DNA of 24,569 nucleotides from Arcobacter sp. Lineage in GTDB: Bacteria; Campylobacterota; Campylobacteria; Campylobacterales; Arcobacteraceae. A model generated the notes under the pieces. That model saw only the letters and a program-made list of their open reading frames with translations. It ran no database searches and was not told the DNA's origin. A program made the translations under genes and the position numbers. The DNA is taken from positions 1-24,569 of the forward strand of contig CBFIGT010000009.1 in assembly GCA_965662175.1 (NCBI GenBank). Reading direction: 5' to 3'. This document shows positions 17,240 through 24,569 of the stretch, piece by piece. Within the stretch, counting starts at the first letter, position 1. Each line of letters starts with the position of its first letter.

Positions 17240-18511
17240 ATGAAAAATTTATTTAAAATACTATTTGGTCTTTTTATACTTAATATTTTTATTTTTGCAA
17301 ATACAAATATTATAGAACAAAAAGATTTTGAAAATAGTACCATCTCAATATCTTCAAATTCTTATAAAATATTGGAGTTTAAAAAAGAGATAAAAAATAT
17401 CAAACTTACTGATAGTAATAAAATATTGGTAGAGTTTATAGAAAAAACAGCTAAACCTTTTAGCCTTTTAAAAGTATTAGGAAAATTAAGTGGAAATGCC
17501 AATGCATTTATAACTTTTCAAGATAATTCAACTATGCAAATAGATTTTAATGTAGTTCCAAATCTAAAAAGCCTTATTAATTTAACACAAAAAGAGTATC
17601 CAAATATTAAAATTTCTCAAATTGATGACTCTATTATATTAAAAGGAAGTGTTGAAAATGAAAAAGAGAAAGAGAGTATATTTGATATTTTTAGAAAAGC
17701 AAATATAGATTCAGATAAAAAAATCATAAATTTATTAGATATAAATAATCCAACAAAAATGGTAAAAGTAAAACTTTATGTTGTTGAAATCAACAATAAA
17801 AAAGGTAAAACTATCAAAAACAACTGGTCTTTAACAGGAAGTAATAGTTCTATCTCCACATCTATAAGCTCAACTATGCTAAGTGCTGTAACCTTAAGTG
17901 GAGGAATAACAGCCGTTGCAAATAGTTTAGGTGGTGATTTTAATGTAGGACTTACATTAAAATATCTAGAAAATAATAATGTAGCAAAAATTCTTGATGA
18001 AACCACATTAATTACCTTAGAGAAAAACAAATCTCAATTCCACTCAGGTGGAATTTTAAATGTAAAAGTTTCATCAACTGATATTACAAGTTTAGAAAGA
18101 ATAGAGTATGGTTTAAAAATGGATATAAATGTACAAGAGATTTTAAATAATAGATATATAAAACTTCTTGTTCGTACTGAATCATCAGTTTTAGATACAT
18201 TAAATGTAGTTGATGGAATCCCCTCAATAAAAAATAAAACAGTGGATACAAATGTTATAGTTGGAGATAAATCAACTGTTGTATTAGGTGGTTTAGTGAA
18301 TATTGAAGATACAAAAATAGAAGAAAAAGTTCCTTTATTAGGTGATATTCCTGTGATTGGAAATATATTTAGAAGTACAGATAAACACTCAGATGATGTG
18401 GAGTTAGTCTTTTTTATAACACCTGAAATAATAGACCCAGCTAACAATAATCAAAAAAATATTTTAGATGAAAAAAGTGAATTTAGAAAAAAAAGAGTTT
18501 TAGAAAAGTAG
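17240..18511 (+). CDS. rcpA: RcpA/CpaC outer-membrane secretin
   Basis: Sec signal peptide, N-domain, BON-like IILKGSV...IINLL, and secretin C-terminal VLGGLV...KVPLLGDIPVIGNIFRS...ELVFFITPEII. Confidence 0.93.
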   Translation: MKNLFKILFGLFILNIFIFANTNIIEQKDFENSTISISSNSYKILEFKKEIKNIKLTDSNKILVEFIEKTAKPFSLLKVLGKLSGNANAFITFQDNSTMQIDFNVVPNLKSLINLTQKEYPNIKISQIDDSIILKGSVENEKEKESIFDIFRKANIDSDKKIINLLDINNPTKMVKVKLYVVEINNKKGKTIKNNWSLTGSNSSISTSISSTMLSAVTLSGGITAVANSLGGDFNVGLTLKYLENNNVAKILDETTLITLEKNKSQFHSGGILNVKVSSTDITSLERIEYGLKMDINVQEILNNRYIKLLVRTESSVLDTLNVVDGIPSIKNKTVDTNVIVGDKSTVVLGGLVNIEDTKIEEKVPLLGDIPVIGNIFRSTDKHSDDVELVFFITPEIIDPANNNQKNILDEKSEFRKKRVLEK

Positions 18512-18540
18512 AGAAGATTATTTAATCTTTTCTACTAATT
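18504..18540. terminator. Hairpin spanning the convergent rcpA and dxs stop codons
   Basis: 13-bp stem agtagagaagatt (18507-18519) / aatcttttctact (18524-18536), with one G-U pair on the + strand. Confidence 0.6.
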
Positions 18541-20320
18541 GATGAGGCAATAATCCAAGTGATTCTTCCACTACTTTTGTATCCCCATGACAAATAAAAT
18601 CATCTTCATACTCAAAAGAAGTTAGAGAGATATAAATTCTTTCATCATTTAAAAACTCTAAAATAGCAGAGCCAACTCCACCTTGTTTTTGTGAGTCAGA
18701 GAAAACATACCAATCATTATAAGTTTTTGATAACTCTTTTAAGGTTTTTTTATCAAGTGGTTTTACAAATCTTAAATCCAAAATTGCAATATCTTCATCA
18801 TGTAAAGCTTCTGTTTCAAAAGCACGTCCAACAGCTGCCCCATAAGCTATAAAAAGTTTTTTAGATCTTCCCTCTTTTAAAAGTTCCGCTCGTCCAAGCT
18901 CAAAAGGAGTAGCTTTTGCATTAAACTCTTTATAAGCACCTCTTGGATATCTAATTGCACTAGGACCTTCACATGTATAAGCAAAATCAATCCCAAGTTT
19001 TAATGTTTCATTACATCTTGGAGCAAACAAAATCATATTTGGAATAAATCTTAAAAAAGAGATATCAAAAGCACCTTGGTGAGTTTCACCATCATTTCCT
19101 ACAATTCCAGCTCTATCTATTGCAAATACAACAGGTAAATTCATCAAAGATACATCATGTATTATTTGATCAAATCCCCTTTGTAAAAAGGTTGAATAAA
19201 TAGTAATAAAAGGTTTAAAACCCTCTTTTGCCATAGCAGCCATTGAGGTAACTGCATGTTGCTCAGCAATTGCAACATCCCAAAATCTATCAGGAAATTT
19301 TTTCATAAGTTTATCAATTCCTGTACCACTTGGCATTGCAGCTGTAACACCTACTACATTTTCATGTTTTGAGGCTAAATCACTTAAAGCATCAGCAAAT
19401 ACAGCAGTTGCTGCTTTTGGTGCCTCTTTTTTTACAAATGCACCATCTTCTACATTAAAAGGACCAACACCATGCCAATGTTCATGTTGACCCTCAGCTA
19501 TTTTATACCCCTTACCTTTTACTGTTCTTGCATGAACAATAACAGGTTTTTTCATAGCTTTTGCTATTTGTAATGTATCAATTACCTCTTCTAAATCATG
19601 GCCATCAATTGGACCTATATAATCAATTCCCATCTCTTCAAATAAAATTCCAGGAGTTATAAGCTTCATAGCCTCTTCCATTCTTTTTGCTATATATGTA
19701 GTTCCCTCAGGCATATTATTTTTAATAAATTTATCAACTTTTGCTTTAAAGCCTTGATAATATTTCCCAGCTAATAGTTTTGAAAGATATTTTGAAATAG
19801 CTCCAATTGGTTTTGCTATTGACATCTCATTATCATTTAAGATAATTACAACAGGAAGTTTTAAATCACCTAATTCATTTAAAGCTTCATAAACCATACC
19901 AGCTGTCATAGAGCCATCACCTATCATAACAACAGGAACCCTATCCTCTTTTTTTAGTTTAATTGATTTTGCAGCACCAACTGCAAGTGAAATAGAAGTT
20001 GAACTATGACCTGCTACAAAATAGTCACACTCACTCTCTTTTGGTTTTGTAAATCCACTTAAACCATTAAACTGTCTAATAGTTTCAAACTCTTCCCATC
20101 GTCCTGTTATTAGTTTATGGGGATAACACTGATGAGATACATCAAAAATAAATGGATCTTCACATGAGTCAAATACATAATGCATACCAACAGTTAATTC
20201 AACCGCACCTAAAGTTGAAGAGAAGTGTCCACCTTTTCTAGATACTACATCAATAATCCTATCTCTTATTCTTTGACTTAACTCTTCTAGCTCTTTTAGT
20301 GACCGATTTTTTATTTTCAT
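18518..20320 (-). CDS. dxs: 1-deoxy-D-xylulose-5-phosphate synthase
   Basis: GGHFSSTLGAVEL, DVSHQCYPHK, TPP motif GDGSMTAG...NDN, IAEQHAV, DRAGIVGNDGETHQG and IRYPRG. Confidence 0.98.
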   Translation of the reverse strand: MKIKNRSLKELEELSQRIRDRIIDVVSRKGGHFSSTLGAVELTVGMHYVFDSCEDPFIFDVSHQCYPHKLITGRWEEFETIRQFNGLSGFTKPKESECDYFVAGHSSTSISLAVGAAKSIKLKKEDRVPVVMIGDGSMTAGMVYEALNELGDLKLPVVIILNDNEMSIAKPIGAISKYLSKLLAGKYYQGFKAKVDKFIKNNMPEGTTYIAKRMEEAMKLITPGILFEEMGIDYIGPIDGHDLEEVIDTLQIAKAMKKPVIVHARTVKGKGYKIAEGQHEHWHGVGPFNVEDGAFVKKEAPKAATAVFADALSDLASKHENVVGVTAAMPSGTGIDKLMKKFPDRFWDVAIAEQHAVTSMAAMAKEGFKPFITIYSTFLQRGFDQIIHDVSLMNLPVVFAIDRAGIVGNDGETHQGAFDISFLRFIPNMILFAPRCNETLKLGIDFAYTCEGPSAIRYPRGAYKEFNAKATPFELGRAELLKEGRSKKLFIAYGAAVGRAFETEALHDEDIAILDLRFVKPLDKKTLKELSKTYNDWYVFSDSQKQGGVGSAILEFLNDERIYISLTSFEYEDDFICHGDTKVVEESLGLLPHQLVEKIK

Positions 20321-20330
20321 AGTTCTTTTC

Positions 20331-21437
20331 TTATTTTAATTTCTCTAGTACTTCGTCTAATACTTTAAAAAGTCTCTCATTTTGACTTTTTGTTCCAATT
20401 GTAATTCTAATTGCATTAACACCATAAGAGGTTAAGTCTCTTACAATAACTCCTCTTTGTAGAAGCTCTTGGGCAACTGCTTTAGAAGAGTAGTTATCAC
20501 CCATTTTCATAGTAATAAAATTTGTGTATGAATCTATATAATCAAAACCTTTTGATTTTGCGTAATCTTCATAAGATTTCATCTCATCAAAGTTTTTAGC
20601 AATACATTCATTTACAAACTCTTCATCTTTTAAAGCTTCAATTGCAGCTGCTAATGTTAAGTTTGTGATATTAAATGGAGGTCTAATTTTATAAAAAGTA
20701 TTTATAATATCAACTTGACCTATACCATATCCAACTCTCATACCACCTAGGGCATAAGCTTTTGAAAATGTTCCAAGATATACAGCATTTGGGAATTTAG
20801 AGATTAAATCACTTGGACATATTTTTTTCTTTTCATCTTTATATGAAGCATACTCTTGATAAGCTCCATCTACTACTACTAATGTATCTTTATCAACTGT
20901 TTCTAAAAAAGCATAAACATCATCTTTATCTAAACATTCACCCAATGGATTATTTGGTAAACATAAGAAGATAATATCAGCACCCTCTTTTTTATAAAGT
21001 TCAGAAAACTGAGCTAAATTATGCTCATCATCAGGAGTTTTTATAATCTTAGCACCTGTTTGTTTTCCATAAATTTCATACATAGCAAATGTTGTTTTAC
21101 TCATAAGAATTTTTGAGTTTTCATCACACTTTGCTTTTACACAAAAATCAATAACCTGATCAGAACCTGCTCCAATAATTATATTTGCTGATGAAACAGC
21201 AAATTTTTTTCCTAAGGCATCTTTTAATTCATACATAGAATCATCAGGATACATAAACATATTTTTTGATATATCAGCTATTTTTTGTGCTACTTTTGGA
21301 CTTGTTCCATAAGGATTCTCATTTGATGCTAGTTTTATAACATCTTTTGGATCAACACCATACTCACGAACTACAAGCTCAATTGGTTTTCCAGCTTCAT
21401 ATATTTTTAAGTCATCTAAAACACTATTAAATTTCAT
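20331..21437 (-). CDS. hisC: Histidinol-phosphate aminotransferase
   Basis: KLASNENPYG, PNNP, DGAY, PLP lysine in TFSKAYALGGMRVGY, and IRITIG. Confidence 0.95.
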   Translation of the reverse strand: MKFNSVLDDLKIYEAGKPIELVVREYGVDPKDVIKLASNENPYGTSPKVAQKIADISKNMFMYPDDSMYELKDALGKKFAVSSANIIIGAGSDQVIDFCVKAKCDENSKILMSKTTFAMYEIYGKQTGAKIIKTPDDEHNLAQFSELYKKEGADIIFLCLPNNPLGECLDKDDVYAFLETVDKDTLVVVDGAYQEYASYKDEKKKICPSDLISKFPNAVYLGTFSKAYALGGMRVGYGIGQVDIINTFYKIRPPFNITNLTLAAAIEALKDEEFVNECIAKNFDEMKSYEDYAKSKGFDYIDSYTNFITMKMGDNYSSKAVAQELLQRGVIVRDLTSYGVNAIRITIGTKSQNERLFKVLDEVLEKLK

Positions 21438-21452
21438 ACAAATTTTCCTTAA

Positions 21453-22568
21453 TTATAATTCAAAGTCATTAATAAACTTTTCAAAACTACCTTTTTTTGC
21501 AAAATTTATTTCATATATATTTTCATCAATTTTATCAATTCTAACAGAATCAATCCCATATAAATCTAAAAGTTCATTTGTAACTAAAGTACCCTCTTTC
21601 AATTTAAACACATCCCTTAAAAGCCATTTCCCTAAATCTTTATTTGGATTTGACATTAATGCTTTTTTATTTTCTTGACATATTTTAGCTTCAATCTTTC
21701 TCTTATTTGGTAATTTTAAAGTGAAAATTATATCTTTATTTGGGAAAAAGTTAGGTTTATATTTATAAAATTTACTTGGTATAGGAATATAAACTTCATC
21801 AGCATTTCTAGCTCTTCCTTTTGCATTCCATTGATTTAAAGCACTATTTGTATATACCTTACCTTTCAATCCATATAAAGGTAAATATACTGTTTCAATT
21901 TTTCTTTTCTCTGTTGCTTTATTTGAGTTAATTAAAGAATATAATTCTTCTAAAGGATCTGCTAAAACTTTTATTTCAAATTCATCTAAAAAGCTATCAG
22001 TTAAAAACCTTTTCATTAATGTACTTTTTGACAAAGAAAATGAATACTCATAATTACCATCTTCAAATAATATTGAAGAACTATTTTTTTTAATAATCTT
22101 AATACTATTAATATCAATTGCTTTTATATTTTCTTCAAAAATCAAAAATTTATTTTCATCTCTTACAACACAATGATATAAAAAATCATTCAAACCATAT
22201 AAATTATTTGTAAACTCTAATCTTTTATTTCTTAATTCCGATATTTTTATAATTTTTTCTTTATCTTTTAAATCTTTATATGATAATAAGTCTTTATTAA
22301 ACTCTGCAATTTTTTGAATAGATTTATTATTACCTCTTAAAAAAGTTTTTAAACCTATTCCCAAAGTATCCTTATAAGCGTCATATGAAACATCACTTCT
22401 TGATAAGTCATCAGCTAAAAATGCTTTACAAAACATTTTTTCAGCTATTCTATAATATAAATAAGGTGTTGTAGAATCTGAAAATAAATTAGATAAACTT
22501 CCAACTATTTGTAAATATTCTTTATACTTTAAAATATGATTATTATCTTGTGATTTATAAAATGACAT
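21453..22568 (-). CDS. Type II restriction endonuclease (PD-(D/E)xK-like N-domain plus NgoFVII/B3-like C-domain)
   Basis: Coupled to the m5C MTase by a TAATG overlap. SD..YDA...GLKTF...KIAEF nuclease-like motif and C-terminal LNQWNAKGRARNADEVYIPIP...KALMSNPNKDLGKW. Confidence 0.75.
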   Translation of the reverse strand: MSFYKSQDNNHILKYKEYLQIVGSLSNLFSDSTTPYLYYRIAEKMFCKAFLADDLSRSDVSYDAYKDTLGIGLKTFLRGNNKSIQKIAEFNKDLLSYKDLKDKEKIIKISELRNKRLEFTNNLYGLNDFLYHCVVRDENKFLIFEENIKAIDINSIKIIKKNSSSILFEDGNYEYSFSLSKSTLMKRFLTDSFLDEFEIKVLADPLEELYSLINSNKATEKRKIETVYLPLYGLKGKVYTNSALNQWNAKGRARNADEVYIPIPSKFYKYKPNFFPNKDIIFTLKLPNKRKIEAKICQENKKALMSNPNKDLGKWLLRDVFKLKEGTLVTNELLDLYGIDSVRIDKIDENIYEINFAKKGSFEKFINDFEL

Positions 22569-23542
22569 TATAATATAGCCTTTTTAATATTTATTGCAAT
22601 TGCTTCAATAACACTTACAGTAACAGAATTACCAATTTGCTTATACAAATGAGAATTGGCTATATTTGGTAATACAAAATTTTCATCATAACCCTGAAAT
22701 CTTGCACATTCACGTGGAGTTAATTTTCTAATATCCTTATTATCAATTATTAAAGGTACATTGTGTCCACCCGTTCCCATATTTGCTGTTAAAGTCGGAC
22801 ATAAATTACTTTTATTTTCTCTTACATAAACTCTTCGCCATTGATAAATAGTTTTTTTATTTTGCATTTCTTCTTTTAATTGATTATAATATTTACTGCT
22901 TGTATAGTAAAACTTTTCTTCTACTTCATCATCTATAAAATCTTGTATCTTTTTTGACAAAATGATAGGTTTGGGAAACTGAAACTTATCATACTGCTGT
23001 TTATTTAAAAAGCCTACAATATATATTCTTTCTCTATTTTGAGGAATATTACCATATTCTGAAGTATTTAAAACTTTGTATTTTAAAAAGTACCCTCTAG
23101 ATTTTAATTCATTTTTAATAACTTTAAAAGTATTTCCAATATCATGATTTTGTAAATTTTTTACATTTTCAAGAAATATAATTTTAGGTTTTAAATCATC
23201 AATAAATCTTAATATCTCAAAAAAAACGTTTCCTCTCTCATCATTAAATCCTTTTCTATGTCCTGCAATTGAAAAAGCTTGACAAGGAAATCCTCCTGTT
23301 AATATATCAATTTTCTCAACTTCACTAGTACATAAATCTTTTAAGTCTTTCTCAAAAAGTTTATGTTTATGATTTGCACGATAAGTTATTGCAGCATTCT
23401 TATCAATTTCATTAGCCCAAAGAGTATCAAACCCAGCTTTTTTAAAACCTAATTCAATTCCTCCTATTCCTCCAAAAAGTGCACCAATAGTATAATTTAC
23501 TTTTTTATCATATAGATTGTTAATTGGTTGATTAATACTCAT
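22568..23542 (-). CDS. DNA (cytosine-5) methyltransferase, Bsp6I-like target recognition domain
   Basis: Motifs I (FGGIGG), IV (GFPCQ), VI (ENV), VIII (PQNRER), IX (RKLTPRE) and X (YKQIGNSV). TRD YQWRR..VRENK..CPTLTANMGTGGHNVP. Confidence 0.96.
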   Translation of the reverse strand: MSINQPINNLYDKKVNYTIGALFGGIGGIELGFKKAGFDTLWANEIDKNAAITYRANHKHKLFEKDLKDLCTSEVEKIDILTGGFPCQAFSIAGHRKGFNDERGNVFFEILRFIDDLKPKIIFLENVKNLQNHDIGNTFKVIKNELKSRGYFLKYKVLNTSEYGNIPQNRERIYIVGFLNKQQYDKFQFPKPIILSKKIQDFIDDEVEEKFYYTSSKYYNQLKEEMQNKKTIYQWRRVYVRENKSNLCPTLTANMGTGGHNVPLIIDNKDIRKLTPRECARFQGYDENFVLPNIANSHLYKQIGNSVTVSVIEAIAINIKKAIL

Positions 23543-23612
23543 AAATTCTCCTTTTTTGCACTATTTTACAGAACTTTTTATCCAACAATAAAATATATTG
23601 CAATATGAAATA

Positions 23613-24569
23613 TTATATATCATCTATCTCTTTTACATAAGAACCTAAGAATTTAATAGATTCATTATGTTTTTTAAATATCTTTTGCACATTTTCATCA
23701 TCTTTATGTCCATCAAAATCTATAAAGAATATAGAGTTGCCCTCTACGATATGAGATTTTATCTTAGTTAAATTTATTTTTTCCTTATCAAAATCAGTTA
23801 AAAATTCAACAAGGGCTCCAGGAGTGTTTGGTAATTTTGCTAAAATTGATGTTTTATCATTTCCACTTTGGGCATTTTCAAAATCACTTACAATAAAAAA
23901 TCTAGTTTTATTGTTATCTTTATCCTCAATATTTTCAAACAAAATTGGAAGATTATAGATTTTTGCTCCAACATGAGAACAAATTGCTGCACTATTTGGC
24001 TCTTCAAGAGCATATTTTGCAGCTTTTGTTGTGGACTCAACAGGTATATGTTCAACCTCGTCAAGACCAAAATTTTCTAAAAATCTACTACACTGTTCAA
24101 AGGCTATATCTTTTGTATAGATTTTTTTAATATCACTTACTTTATCACAAGTACTAGCTAGAGTATGATGTATATTTAAAACAACTTCAGCAATAATTTT
24201 TAGATTATAGCTACTTAAACAATTTATTGTATCACTTACAATTCCATTTGATGAGTTTTCAATTGGAATAACTCCAAATTTTGCTTTTTTAGTGCTAACT
24301 TCTCTAAATACACCTTTTATAGAACCAATTGAAATATATGAACTCATAGCTCCAAATCTAGCCTCAGCAGCTTGGTGAGTAAAACTTCCCTCAGGTCCTA
24401 AATATGCTATATTCTCAGGTAATTCAAGATTTCTTGATATGGCAAAAATCTCTAAAAAAAGTGCTTCAATTGCAGCTCTATTTAAAACACCTTTATTTTG
24501 CTTTTCAAGTCTATCAATAAGAGCCTTTTCTCTCTCAGGTCTATAAATAGCTCCGCCACTTTTTGCTTT
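23613..24569 (-). CDS. pheA: Chorismate mutase / prephenate dehydratase; 5' end outside the window
   Basis: Frame stays open to the window edge: IYRPERE (CM), IAYLGPEGSFTHQAA, PIENS, NKTRF and ACT domain PGALV. The ORF-track start at 24347 is internal. Confidence 0.95.
   Translation of the reverse strand, partial: KAKSGGAIYRPEREKALIDRLEKQNKGVLNRAAIEALFLEIFAISRNLELPENIAYLGPEGSFTHQAAEARFGAMSSYISIGSIKGVFREVSTKKAKFGVIPIENSSNGIVSDTINCLSSYNLKIIAEVVLNIHHTLASTCDKVSDIKKIYTKDIAFEQCSRFLENFGLDEVEHIPVESTTKAAKYALEEPNSAAICSHVGAKIYNLPILFENIEDKDNNKTRFFIVSDFENAQSGNDKTSILAKLPNTPGALVEFLTDFDKEKINLTKIKSHIVEGNSIFFIDFDGHKDDENVQKIFKKHNESIKFLGSYVKEIDDI

Noticed and set aside
10213..18447. Numerous 64-137 aa antisense or off-frame ORFs inside tad genes
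   Set aside because: Their Ile/Phe/Ser-rich composition is what the reverse complement of AT-rich coding sequence gives. There is no independent support.
12268..18511. Conjugative VirB11/TrbB system or type II secretion system
   Set aside because: The context has Flp, TadV, TadZ, paired TadB/TadC and RcpC. There are no VirB4, relaxase or GspC/L/M genes.
23868..24130. Small ORFs overlapping pheA (also 4259-4447 within the NlpC/P60 gene)
   Set aside because: Fully contained in well-supported genes, with no motif evidence.
1..24569. CRISPR arrays, tRNA/rRNA genes, prophage genes
   Set aside because: No regularly spaced repeats, cloverleaf or rRNA-like GC-rich segments, or phage proteins were seen. 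Intergenic gaps are short and accounted for.

Overview
This is an AT-rich Campylobacterota chromosome segment, most likely Arcobacteraceae by gene content and protein style. Housekeeping genes (trxB partial, trxA, alaS, maf, dxs, hisC, pheA partial) frame three accessory blocks. (1) Between alaS and maf lie a membrane protein, an NlpC/P60 lipoprotein and three transporters. The AEC transporter is preceded by an unannotated 47-codon leader ORF and an attenuator-like hairpin. (2) A ~9.5-kb, 10-gene Tad/Flp (type IVc) pilus operon (flp-tadV-tadG-tadZ-tadA-tadB-tadC-rcpC-tadE-rcpA) sits under a c-di-GMP-I riboswitch. All three pilin-like proteins share a non-canonical class III signal motif with the acidic residue at +3 instead of E+5. 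RcpC carries an SH3b-like tail, TadZ has an extra N-terminal domain, and no TadD is encoded. (3) A type II m5C restriction-modification pair is inserted between pheA and hisC. All calls come from reading motifs by eye; no database searches were run.
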